Below are positions 46,466-58,021 of a DNA stretch of 58,076 nucleotides, in pieces (position 1 is the stretch's first letter; every line of letters starts with the position of its first letter). Position numbers and translations under genes: made by a program. The notes beneath the pieces are model-generated. The model was not told where the DNA came from and made no database searches. It saw only the letters and a program-made list of their open reading frames with translations. This DNA is from Cladosporium halotolerans. Its lineage: Eukaryota. The stretch lies in assembly GCF_011745625.1 (NCBI RefSeq), contig NW_027191464.1:558001-616076 (forward strand). The letters are read 5' to 3'.

Positions 46466-49400
46466 TCATCTGGACCATTGCTTGATCCACTGCGTCATCA
46501 GCGCCGGGTCTACAGCTTGCATAGTGTCAATAGTCGTACTGAGCTTCGCAGTCTCCTTCGTCGCAAGCCTCGGCAGGCCACCGGCCTCCGGAACCAAGCT
46601 TTGGTAGAAGTCCAGCAGCTTAATGCCTGGCTTTGACTCTGCTTCTTCGGTTGTCTTGGGTACCGCAGATAGCTCGTCGAGCCACTCATCGAAGGGAACC
46701 GCACGTTGAGCCGTTCCGCTCTGTTGCTCGAGCGTTGCCTGGATGGATGGGACCAATGACTTCCAGGAGACGGTGGAAGGGTTGACGACGTGGCTGACGG
46801 AGGTCTGATCGCCTTTGCCTTGCCATACTGCGGAGGTGCGGGATTCAGCGATCTCAACTACAGACTTGGCCGCAAGGTCGATCGGCACCCAGTCGATGGT
46901 GTCCATGTTACCCAACTGCCCTGGCAAGACGCCCATCGAGCGAGAAGTGAGCAAGATGCTAGGAAGCCACTCGTGCTTATTCCACATTTGACCTCGTTCT
47001 TTGGGGCCGGCTAATTGCCCACAGCGAACGATGGTGCTGGGCACACCGGACTTCGTTGCTGCGGCTGCAAGAATGAGGGAAGAGACATGTTTCGACTCGG
47101 CGTAGCCTTGCGGGGCTGGAAGTTGATGGTCATCCCACAATGCCTCCGGAACGAAAGTCTCACCAGGCCGCTTTTCTCCCCAATTGCCTACGCTGGCGAT
47201 GGAGGAGATGAACACAATGTGCGAGCGGTGCTTGGACTGATGGCTAAAGTCTACGCAGCGCCGTGTGCCGGCGACATGCACCGGCTCGTATGTCTGCAGA
47301 GTTTTGTTGAAATCGACGGTCCAGGCGTTGTGGACGAAAATTGTTACGGTCTCCAGCATTTCCTTGTACGCATCTGATCCGAGACCGAAGTGATCCTTGC
47401 CAAAGTCAGTATGTAGAAATGTGACTTTCGAGAAGTCTGGGACAATGCCGCGAGCCTTGAAAGCAGACTTTTGACGTGACTCGGCGTCTGCAGAGCGGTT
47501 GAGGCAATAAACGTGCTCTGTTACCGATGAGTCGATGAGTTCCTCCAGGATGCTATTGCCGAGCGAACCAGTGGAGCCAGTCAAAACAACAGTGTGTTTG
47601 CTTGGCTGTTTGATGCCCGAGCTCGGCGAAGCATCAGGCAAGTCTTGAGTATACTTTGTCACCATCTCTGTCATAGCATTCTCGCGGCTCCCGGTGCCAC
47701 TTGAGGATGAGTTGCCCTTTAAAAGTTTGGCAAGATCTTCAATGGTCGAGTGCTGGTAGATCTCTCTAGGCGTGACAGCATCGCCTTTGCGCCTCGCGTG
47801 GTTCAATGTGGAAGTCAGCGCAAGCACCTGAAGAGAGTCGACACCGTAGGCGAAAATGTCCGCATTGTTCGGCGCATCGCCCGGGACGGGCATCCCCTTG
47901 AGCTTGAACATCTCCCTAAGGTATTTGATCGACGTTGCGTCGTCGGCATCCGCTGCCAAAGTACCCAAAGCTTCATTATCATTCTCGTTCGAATACAAGG
48001 CTTCAATCTCTCGCTCATATAGCCTGATTGTCTGTTGTCGGATGACGGATCCTTTCGGAGCTCTCTTGAAAGGCTTTTCCCTTTTGGCAAAAGCAATTTT
48101 GGATTTCCAGACCCTTCCGTGTGCTGGCATGTCGGCATTGGTCTCTTCGATGAAAGGCCATAGCGCATTGAGAAGCTCATCCGGGTCGTAATCGCCGAGC
48201 GTATCCCACGACGGCTCGATGAGCAGGCCGCTTTGGAAGCGCCCTTGTCCAACAACAACAGCGCCTTGTATTTTGATATTGCTCTCCAAAGTCTTTTCAA
48301 ACCCGACCGGGTTGAGCTTCTCGCCGTTGCTGAACACGATCACATCGTCTTTGCGACCTCTATACCGCCAGAGGTTGACGTTAGAAGGGTGTTGTTCCCA
48401 GAGGTCCTTCGTTCTCCATTCTGGTATGTTGGGAAATGTGTGGAATGTCGCTTGCGTCTTTGGGTCGGCACGCTTGATGACGAGTTCGTACAGCCCACCC
48501 TCCTCGGGTTCCATATGAGCTCCAGCCGCCGGCGACCATTCGAAATATTCCCAATCCTTTGCATCCGCAGGAATGACGCTGGTGATGATTCCTGCTTCAG
48601 TAGATCCAATAACCGAGACTAGCTTGGTGAATTTGCGGATTTTGTCTCCGGTCGCCCTCGCGAGTGGAGCGCCTCCGAAGAACACATATTGCAGTCGGCT
48701 GAGTGTCTCCAATCCTTTGGGCGTGTCGACAATTTGCTCTAGGAGAGCAGGTGCAAAGATTCCGCAATGAGGATTCGTCTGCCTGAGCACGGTTGTTACA
48801 AGCTCAACGTTGGGCGGTTTGCCTGTGGGGAGTCGGACGAGTGGTGCTTTGCAGAGAATCGATCGCATCATCATCAGTGCGCCCATGGTGTGGAAGAATG
48901 GTGTCATCACGAACATTGGCTGGTCTTTCGCAAAGAGGGCGGCCTGGGCGAGAGTTCGCCCTTCTGGACAGGGCGCCTCGCTGAGACTCCCGATGACAGC
49001 TAAGCTGGCATTGGTGAGCCTGATCGGCTTCGGTAAGCCAGTGCTGCCAGATGTGTGAAGAATGAGTGTTTCGTAGTCTGAAGATTCGCTGTAGTGGCCC
49101 TCGTATTGATCAATTTTGGATCCTCGCTCGCGGAGCATGTCGAACGAGGGCACCTGTAGTACTTTCAATGAAGGTACGGCCTTGCGAAATTCCTCTACCG
49201 GCGTATCAACACCTTCACTGCAGAGTAGAATCTCGCAGTCGGTACTCTGGGCCAGATGCGCTTGTCCCTCAGGTGAGTTGCGCGTGGATGGCAGCATGGT
49301 CCTGTACCCAGCCTTCATTAGCCCAATGTGTACGGCTCCATATCGCTCGTCATTGACACTGGGGTTTCTGTCAGCTCGGCTTATGATGTAATGCTCTCTC

Positions 49401-49637
49401 GACTCACCCAATGTAAGAAACGACCTCATCTCCAGTTCCGACTCCGAGGTGTTCCTCCACCCAGGCCGCTGCTCCATCAACGGCGTGGAAAAGATTCCGA
49501 TATGTGATATCCTGCCACCCTAGGGCCAGCTCAGCATCCTTTGGGGACGAGATCCAAGTACCGTCGGGATGCGAGGCAGCCAGATACGCGACCGCGCGAG
49601 GCAATATCGAAGAGGCGGGCTCAGGAAGTGCTGGCAT
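46466..49637 (-). CDS. NRPS-like carboxylic acid reductase (adenylation-thiolation-reductase), 2 exons
   Basis: ATG 49637; intron 49359-49407. A domain LHTSGSTGLPKP, GSTE, TKDLW, GRKDDVIVFSNGEK; T domain IFAYGVDSL; R domain LTGSTGSLG, HNAWTVDF, GYAESK. Confidence 0.95.
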
Positions 49638-50974
49638 GCTCGTTCAAGTACTGGTTATTTGGAAGGAAGGAAATGAGATGGCAGGATTTGAGGGATTGCA
49701 AAGAAAGCAGAACGCAATGAAGGGAGGCCGTGCCGTTATATGTGGACGACTTACGGTGTTGTTACGGACGAGGCGGCATCTTCGCGGGTTTCGAAGCCCC
49801 GACGCCGCTCAGGACATGCATGCGCAAGTTACGGATGTTCGGTATGTGGGAGATAGCCATGACGGAGACGCTCTGGGTCGTCACCGTGGCTGCCCAAGGA
49901 CAGTCCACCTGAGTGAGTGCGCACAGTCGCCACAGTGTCCTCCGGCACGCGGAAGATGTTCCATGCCTAACCGGCGGAGGGGTTCCCGTGCTGTTGGCCT
50001 CTATCCAACCGAGTTTCGGAGAAAAGATTCGCGGTTGTTGATGCGGGAACGCGTGAGGGCAAGGAAGATGAAGAAGAAAGCATAGAGGGATCGATCGGCA
50101 AATGTGCCGAGCACGGCACTATTTCGTCGCCATCATCGCGAAGCGCGTCCCACGAGCCGCCCACGCCGCCCTACGTCGCCGACGTAGAGACGAGGTGAAG
50201 GATCCACCAAGCTTTTTGATAGGAAGCTTGTTTGGTGGGCGGCGTCTTGTAGACCCATGCTCGCGTGGTTTCGAGCTGGAAATCGCGCGTGGTCGGGGCT
50301 ACATCATCGCACCACCTGCGGAATTCCGCCCTGTCTGTGACGCACGCACGCTTCACCACGTGTCGTGTCGCATGGCGACTTGTATTCCGCGACGCGCTGC
50401 TTCCGCTTCCGCATCCGTCGCATCCTACGCATTGTTCATTCCTTTTACGACACAGGATTACTTCATACCCGGCAGCCAAAGGTGATGTGTACAAGAGCCC
50501 CTAGCAAAATTGGGTGCGGTAGTCTGTGCTCTCTGGGCTGGAAGATTCCAGTGGGCAGATGCCACAGAACACGTTCGGGCCCTCAAATTCTCAACTATGT
50601 CCTGATATCTATGTCCTGATCACGACTCTAGTTTTGGACCATCTCATTCGTGTGTTCTAGCGAAAAAATCTGTCTTCCCCAAAGGCAGCCCTCAATGGCG
50701 GTTAATTAGTGACAAGCGCATACTCTAACGACAGCCGCAGAGTGACAATTGGCAAGCAACAACAGTCTTCATACCGAGAGGAGACACAGAACTCGCTCCG
50801 GAACTCACTCGCTGATTTCCACAATCAATGATGCGCTCCCTTCTAGCAGTCTGGGTACTTCCCTATCCACCAGCTTCCGTCAACCCTACAACACGCTGAC
50901 CACAACCGCAACCTACCGTATCATAAGCCATACAGCGTCAGCTCTCGTTTCGCGTAGCTCCTAGCGTCGCATTA

Positions 50975-51747
50975 CTAGGCGGGTTGCATTTGCGGCTCCG
51001 TCGTGCCATTGCTGGTTGCATTCGAAGTTACGTGCGGTGCCCCTTTCTCGCGCTGCCATGGCTTGCTGAGTCTGCAACAAGGTCAGCGGTTGCAGAGACA
51101 TATTGTGGAGGGAAAAGCCTACCGTCTGTGGTGCGTTTCGAAGCGCTCATTTGACCGCCCACGAGTGGCGAAAACGTAAATTCCCTGTCGCACAGTTAGG
51201 ATCACAGCCGCAAACCACACGAGGCTCTCACTAACCACAAGCATGCTGAGGAAGAACAAGATCCAGCTGATGCAGCTGAATGCCAGGACTGCTCTCCAGT
51301 TGCTGCAAGCTCTTGAGCCTACGAGAGAACCAGGCGACCGGTAGACCCGAGTCCAGTACCAACCCCAATATTCGTAGTACCACCGAGAGCTGCAGGCGTT
51401 GGTGCCTGTTAGATCAGCGAGGAGACCGAAGGCTACGAGCCACATGATGAACCTGTGCTAGGTTAATATACGGTTTACCCAAAGCTTGTTCCTGTTCGTA
51501 CTCACAAGATAAGATCGGCCGGCCAGCCGAAGAAAACATATCTGAGTGGGGGCATCAAGACCAAGGAAGCCACGATACTCAGAGCCGCCACGACTTCAGC
51601 ATAGATGAGTCTTCCGTTGTGAGAGCCATTGCCCTGATTGATTCGATGAAGCTCCCACCCGACGATGCCGACGACGACTGCGGCACTGACAAGCTGAAAG
51701 AAACGAAGGAAGACATTCGCGATTTTGGATCCAGTGTGTTCACCCAT
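50975..51747 (-). CDS. MARVEL-domain membrane protein, 4 exons
   Basis: LRFFQLVSAAVVVGI, RLIYAEVVA, DLILFIMWLVAFG and CSNWRAVLAFS; introns 51453-51505, 51185-51235 and 51072-51122; TAG 50975-50977. Confidence 0.85.
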
Positions 51748-52621
51748 AATGTCTGCGGATACTAGGTTTTGGTGGAACTGCTGAGTAAAAGCTGCGTGCA
51801 AAAGACATGGGATGCGGGCAAATGACCTCTTATAATCGAGAGCTCTGGCGACTTGTCTGGTTTTCCAAGTCTTCTCATCCGCCTGCTTCCGCTTCGTTCC
51901 AATGTCGTCTCCCCACAGTCAGCCCACGATCTTGAGAATGTCTGGTTCTGAAGCCGCACAGCATCGCGATATCACCCCACGACCCCACATGGTGCTATAG
52001 CTTTGAGCTGTTTGTTGGCAAAGTAAGCCACATGTTCCACGGTCTTACTGAGCACACGGCTTGTTTTAACTTTTGAGCTGACTACAGTCACATGCCATGA
52101 GCTGCCTTCGCAAAGAAATGTACGACAGTCATCAGCGTATTGATGGTCTTTTGATTGAGACACGTGTTGGCGGCCGCCTCCCAGCTTTCTCTGACTAAAG
52201 CTCGGTACGTAAAATGAGCCAGTAACGATGCGCCGTTGCTCAACACTCAACTGGCTCGTCGCCTTAGGTTGTCAAAAGGACGCAAAAGCATCGGATCCAA
52301 TCGCGACTCTCCATTCATCGGGTAATAAGACTTCGAAACTTGGTGAGATCTAGCGCTTACATCTCCAGGAACGCGCCCCGACGAGCACAAATTCCTCGCA
52401 AACTGTACGAAAGGGTTTTGCAAGTACGTCAAATTTTCTAGGCTTATTGGTGCATTTGAAAAGCGTACACGTTGATGTAAGCTTCTTGACTTGGGATTGG
52501 CTGAGTGTAGGTATGTAACTCTGCCTTGCTCGCACTTGAGCAGGCTCTGCATAGAACGCATTCGATGGATCTATCTGCCGAGAGCGACCACAAATATGAG
52601 GAAAAATCGTCATTTTGCGTC

Positions 52622-53674
52622 TCAATTTCCACCCAGGTTAGTGCGGAAGAAGTGGACGAGCTTGCTGAACGGGATGAGATCGATGCGATCATACAAATCG
52701 ACGTGACCGGCACCAGGAATCCAGAAAAGCTCCTTGGGCTCAGCCGCAAGCCTATACGCGTTCTCGCTAAACTCACGCGAGTGGGCCTGGTCACCCGTAA
52801 TAAAGAGCATAGGGCGAGGTGAGATGGTCTCGATGTCGTTGAAAGGGTAAAAGTTCATGAACTTCGTGTTACTCGTGAGCGTCCTGTGGGTAGTAGTGTT
52901 TGGCATGGCACCGGCAGGAGTGAAGAGGCCGCGGGAGGTTCGGTAGAAGTCAAAGAATTCGCGGTCAACAGCAGAAGAGCTGTTCGTAATTTGCAAGGGG
53001 GTTCCGATAGCCCATTCCGTGGGCGCACCCTCCAACTCAGCCCAGCGCTGGTAGGCGGCGGTGGCAATGATCTCTTTGCGAGCATCCACACTCTGAGCGT
53101 TACGCAGACCTTGGCGATTGACAGTACCCATGTCGTACATACTGGCAGTCGCGATAGCAGAGATGCGCGGGTCCAGCTTGGCAGCAGAGATCACGAAGCC
53201 TCCGCTGCCGCAGATGCCAATAGCACCGATCCGAGAGCGATCAATGAACTCCAGAGTACCGAGAAAATCAACGGCTCCGCTGTAGGCCTCAGCATACAGA
53301 TCCGGCGACACCCCGTTGCGTGGCTTGCCTTCGCTGCCACCCCAGAATGGTAGGTCGAGAGAAACGGTGATGAAGCCCTGTTCCGCCATCTTGGTGGCGT
53401 AAAGGTTGGCGCTTTGCTCCTTGATAGCTCCCATAGGGTGACCAATGACCAGTGCTGAGTGAGTCGAGTTCGCGTTGCGGTCAATGCTGTCTGGGATGAA
53501 CAGGTTGCCTGCGACCTCGGTCTGGTACAGCGTCTTGAATGTAATGGGCCAGAGAGTGACGTTGTCGCTGTGGTAGAAATTGTTCGCTCCGAAAGACATG
53601 TTCTGGGCAGCCGCTAACGTTGCATTAAGCAAGATCGAGTTGACTGCGGCGAGGCGGGAATTGAAGAGCTTCAT
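52622..53674 (-). CDS. Alpha/beta hydrolase, YcjY/COG1073-like, with Cys nucleophile and signal peptide
   Basis: Intronless 350 aa; GHPMGAIKEQ, GGSEGKPRN, IGAIGICGSGG nucleophile elbow, ISPRPMLFITG and GAGHVDLYD. Confidence 0.88.
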   Translation of the reverse strand: MKLFNSRLAAVNSILLNATLAAAQNMSFGANNFYHSDNVTLWPITFKTLYQTEVAGNLFIPDSIDRNANSTHSALVIGHPMGAIKEQSANLYATKMAEQGFITVSLDLPFWGGSEGKPRNGVSPDLYAEAYSGAVDFLGTLEFIDRSRIGAIGICGSGGFVISAAKLDPRISAIATASMYDMGTVNRQGLRNAQSVDARKEIIATAAYQRWAELEGAPTEWAIGTPLQITNSSSAVDREFFDFYRTSRGLFTPAGAMPNTTTHRTLTSNTKFMNFYPFNDIETISPRPMLFITGDQAHSREFSENAYRLAAEPKELFWIPGAGHVDLYDRIDLIPFSKLVHFFRTNLGGN

Positions 53675-54611
53675 GGTTCTTGTCCGTAGAAAGGTCAGAC
53701 GGGAGATTGTGGTTGTTTGGTTGAATGAGATCTATCCAGCAGTGCCCCGAATGCCCTTATATACCTCGTCTCGGACGCTCAGACACAGTACCATGACCAT
53801 TCTTGGATCCGGAGGGCTCGACGAAGACATCTGCTGCGGTCCAAACGCGCGTCGATAATCTATCAAAGTCGTCATCCATCGGTGCCATGGATATTACGGA
53901 CGGAGAATCAACGCTGCCAAGAGGCCGAGCGAAGAGACACTGCCTGACGCGTAGTAGGGCAAAGGGCGATAAGGTGCGCAAAATTAAGGCAGTGCTACCG
54001 CCGTGGAGGCAGAGTGTAACGATGGCTGTTGTTGAGCGTCGAGATCGAAGCACGCGGTGGATGTGACCAAGACGCGGACGGCGCGGAGTGGAGGGCGGAC
54101 TGTGGGCCCTCAGGTGGCTTGCCGGGTCAGGGCCGCTGCCGTGGCCGCAAGGCAGCCAGAGCCATTGAGGAAGCCTCCTCGGACGCCGGCTGCGCTGATC
54201 TCACCGCGCACACCCCAAGAACCTCCTCGGATCAACAGACTGGCGGGAAACTGAGGCAGCAGGCGAACATCGGCGTTAGTACCTGCTAATCACCGTCACG
54301 CGGTGCTCGCTTGCATCATCTCGCCCGATGGTGAAGGCGGCCGCAGGGCCACCGCGAGTCCCTCAGCTCCGCCGAATCCTCACCACCGCAGTCGCCACGA
54401 CTTCACATTCGCCCGCACCATAGACTGCAATGGCGGCCGCAGAGTGACGGCACATCTCGCAGCTAACAGAGGCCAGTGAGCCTACAAAAGGCGCCCATGG
54501 CCGCCTCCCGGCGCCCTCGAGTCCCATGACGCGCCCAAGATCGTAACGGCTACCATTTCATTTGACAGACACAACTCAGCGGCCTAGCAACTCAAACTTG
54601 GGCCGCACAGC

Positions 54612-55676
54612 ATGTCAACCATCGCACCTTACGAGTCTTTCCACCTGAGCCCCACCGGTCCAGGTGACGAGAGACCGACTGCGACGCAGATTGTACTCGA
54701 TCAAGGCCTACTTGGCCAGCTCACAAACTTCAATATTGCAATAACCGGAGGCAGTGCGGGTCTGGGAAGGGAAACCGCCAAAGCACTTCATGCGACTGGA
54801 GCTCGCATCTTCATCCTCGTCCCGCCAGTGGAGGGATCGGCCGCGGCTGCGAAAGAGATCGAAGAAGAGAACAAGGCTGATTCCAGGCTTACCGAGTGCC
54901 AAAGCGTCTTGAAGCCGATTGAGACCATTTTCCTGGATCTTGGCTCCCAAGCCAGCGTGCGCGACGGAGCCAAAGAGTTGCGCAAGAAGACAGCAAACAG
55001 GCTCAATGTGCTCATCTGCAATGCCGGGATTATGTCGCCTCCATTCACTGACACGAAAGATGGCTTTGAGCCGCACTTTGGCATCAACTTCTTGGGACAT
55101 TTTCTCCTCGTGAATGAGCTTACGGACGCCCTGGAGTCTGGCGCGAAGGTTACACCACAAGTTCCTTCCCGCATCGTATGTCTATCCAGCCTCGGCCATC
55201 GAGCGTGCAGTCTGAGCGTGGATGACCTGCCGCCCAAAGTTCCAGACACAATATCTCAGCAAGCCGCACCGGAGCTTTACCATGACAGCAAGCTCCTCAC
55301 GCTGTGGATGGCCAATGAGGCTGAGCGACGATTCTCCAATCGGAACATCCACTGCTTTTCTGTCAACCCCGGCTCCATCGAAACTCCTCTGACTGCACAC
55401 CTTGGGTGGAACTCCATCAGAGCAGTCATGGGTGACAAAGTCAAAGAATTTGATCGCTTGAGCAAGAGCATTCCACAAGGTGCGGCGACGACTGTCTGGG
55501 GTGCTGTGGGCAAAGAGCTGGAAGGACAAGGCGGCTTGTACTTGGATGACGTTCGGGTTGCGCTTCCTGCTGAAGAGGGCAGAGGTTTCTTTACGCACGG
55601 CTATGCACCCCACGCATATGACAGAAAGTCAGAGCACGAGCTCTGGAAGCTGGCAGATCGTTTGATCAAGGAGTAA
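54612..55676 (+). CDS. Short-chain dehydrogenase/reductase (WWOX / retinol dehydrogenase-like)
   Basis: PTGPGDERPTA N-terminus, ITGGSAGLG, LICNAGIM, FGINFLGHF, YHDSK and QGAATTVW; intronless 354 aa. Confidence 0.92.
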   Translation: MSTIAPYESFHLSPTGPGDERPTATQIVLDQGLLGQLTNFNIAITGGSAGLGRETAKALHATGARIFILVPPVEGSAAAAKEIEEENKADSRLTECQSVLKPIETIFLDLGSQASVRDGAKELRKKTANRLNVLICNAGIMSPPFTDTKDGFEPHFGINFLGHFLLVNELTDALESGAKVTPQVPSRIVCLSSLGHRACSLSVDDLPPKVPDTISQQAAPELYHDSKLLTLWMANEAERRFSNRNIHCFSVNPGSIETPLTAHLGWNSIRAVMGDKVKEFDRLSKSIPQGAATTVWGAVGKELEGQGGLYLDDVRVALPAEEGRGFFTHGYAPHAYDRKSEHELWKLADRLIKE

Positions 55677-56431
55677 TATAAATTCGGTCTCGTTTCAATC
55701 AAAAATTGATGCGTGATCGGAGCCTCGAATCTAAGTGTTGAACATCAAAATTCTCACGAGACGGCAACGTTCTCCAGCATATACTCCAGGTCGCAATCAA
55801 CTCAGGCACAGCTGAGTGGTTGTCCGGAAGCTTCAATGTCAAACCTTTCGTTTTTATGATCAACTCGGCTTCACGAAGTTCAAGCCATGCACGAAGCTCA
55901 CAAAAACCTGGTTCGTAGACAAGAGCCACTGAGTGTCTCATTGATCAGTCTTATTGTCAGATCGTATGGACAGCGAACGCGGAGCTGCACATACTGAGGG
56001 TCCGGCTGGCCAACAGACGAATGCGCCTCAATAATGTGTACCTTGGTATAGAAGGCTCATCGAAGGCTTAGGGTTTATTAAACTGGACCCCACAGTCCGC
56101 GTCCGCGTCCGCGCCTCCGCGTCCGCACGCTAACTTTATGCCGCCAACGTCACCAAACCACAGTCCCATTAACGCTCGCACGCCAATCTCCGAGCTCCTG
56201 AGCGCGCCTCACACTCGAGACCAACTATGATTCATTTCCGTCAGTCTGCGGACAGACCTGATGCAGTCACATATCTGCACATTCGCTGACAAATGCTCTT
56301 GTTTTGGTCTGTGCTACATCGCACCTGATGTTCTTAGATTTGTTCAAAGCTGTTTCCAGCGCCTTTGACACCACTGTGTTGATATCTGGACTTTTTCCTT
56401 TTCTCCAACTCCGTCGAAACGATAGCGTTAA

Positions 56432-57248
56432 ATGGCTTTGCAACCTCACCACGGCAAGGCCTATGTCGTCACCGGCGCAGGTTCTGGTATGGGTCTCGCG
56501 ACTGCGCGTACTCTGCTGAGTCAAGGCGCCTCTGTGGGGCTATGCGACATCTCTCAGAGCAGTTTAGAAACATTGATTGCCGAGATCGAAGTCGGCCAAA
56601 AAACAAAGAATCCTCACGAGGGTCGTCGACATCACCAACCGCGCCAGTGTCTCCTCGTTTTGCGAAGAGACGAAAACGCGATTCGGCAGACTGGACGGCA
56701 TCGCCAACCTAGCGGGGACCGCTGGACACCGACTGGGCCACGAAGAGGTCTGGGAAATCACTGATGAGGAATACGACTTCGTGATGGGCGTGAACGTTCG
56801 GGGCGCATTCAACGTCATTTCCGAAGGCTTGAGACCTGGCTTGCTTAACGAGCCTGGGAGCGTCGTGCATACCGGAAGCATGTTCTCGGAGCGAGGCTTC
56901 TCGAAGGGTGCGGTCTACAGCGCCAGTAAGCATGCTGGAGTTGGCCTTGTGAAAAGCGCTGCGCTTGAAGGTGGTAAAAGGGGAATTCGGGTCAATATGA
57001 TCACACCGTTAGCTGCCCTTTCGCTTCGGTTTTGATTTAAAGCTGACACGAAGTCCAGAGGACCTATTGATACCCCCATGCTGCAAGCGAACGAGAAAAG
57101 CGGTGCTGAAGGTACTTCACCAGACGTGCCCTTGAAGAGACTAGGTCTGGCGCAAGAGTGCGCCAATATCATTGCTGTTCTTCTAAGCGATCAAGCAGCA
57201 TATGTCACAGGGGCGATATGGAGCGTAGACGGAGGAGCCAACGCGTAG
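56432..57248 (+). pseudogene. Classical SDR (FabG-like) with a +1 frameshift in an A6 run; pseudogene or assembly error
   Basis: VVTGAGSGMG in the first frame; after CAAAAAAC (56597-56604) the SDR continues in another frame (VDIT, GRLDGIANLAG, YSASKHA, GIRVN). Intron 57008-57058; last exon GPIDTPML...YVTGAIWSVDGG, TAG 57246-57248. Confidence 0.75.
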
Positions 57249-57768
57249 GGCTCTTGCACAAGAGTCGAAGCGCGAAGTCATACGTAAATTGTCATCGATC
57301 GAAAGAGAATCCGGCATCAATACCATCGTTCTGAGCAGTCTTGTGGAGATGTTTGCACCCCCAGTGGTCGTAAAGGCGCTTGCACAAGTGTAATGGATCC
57401 GAGTAATCGGCACGATCCGTAAGGCTTGCGATTTGCACTATGTGGAACGCCATGCTTTGTCGGGTGATGACACGATTGTGAAGGTCGACCCTGCTGCGCT
57501 GAACCCAAAGTCTCGCGCTAATGCGGGGCGAATAAGGGTTGCTATGGAGCATTTGTAAGCTAGTCAATAGTCCCGATATATATCTTCCAGATGATCAAGT
57601 GTTCCAAATTCTTCCTTCTCAAATCACCTCGTTTCTCAACTGCCACCCTTGCCATTCGCCACAATGAGTAACACTTCTCAAGCATGGCGCTTGCACTTGA
57701 ACTACACCGGACCTTATACCTTAATCGCTTTTTGGGGTAGGGTTAGGAACGTAGCGCTTTGAATTTTG

Positions 57769-57926
57769 AAGCTAGCTTTCAAGCGTTCCTATTAGCCGAA
57801 TTTGAAGCTAGCTTTAAAGTTTGAAGCTAGCTTTCGGCTACTCCCGTAAAGAGAGTAAAGCTAGCTTTCGGCTACTCCCGTAGAGAGAGAGTAAAGCTAG
57901 CTTTAAAGTTTGAAGCTAGCTTTAAA
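57769..57926. repeat. Array of six AAGCTAGCTT palindromes organised in 19-bp and 34/36-bp repeat units
   Basis: Palindrome starts at 57769, 57805, 57824, 57858, 57894 and 57913. Units: AAGCTAGCTTTAAAGTTTG (57805, 57894) and AAGCTAGCTTTCGGCTACTCCCGTA(A/G)AGAGAG..TA (57824, 57858). Confidence 0.93.
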
Positions 57927-57933
57927 GGCCTTA

Positions 57934-58021
57934 CCTCGCCAAAAGGCAACGGAGGAGAACACTGATCTCCTACTAACCCTCGCCAAAAGGCAACGGAGGA
58001 GAACACTGATCTCCTACTAAC
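57934..58021. repeat. Exact 44-bp tandem duplication with an internal hairpin
   Basis: CCTCGCCAAAAGGCAACGGAGGAGAACACTGATCTCCTACTAAC at 57934 and 57978; internal AGGAGA/TCTCCT stem. Confidence 0.95.

Noticed and set aside
57931..57942. TTAC-N7-A match to a reported Starship target site
   Set aside because: Only five specified bases, so expected by chance about once per kb; no captain gene is visible.
57769..58021. CRISPR-like array (palindromic repeat with spacers)
   Set aside because: The repeat is only 10-12 bp, the spacers are themselves duplicated, there are no cas genes and the context is eukaryotic.
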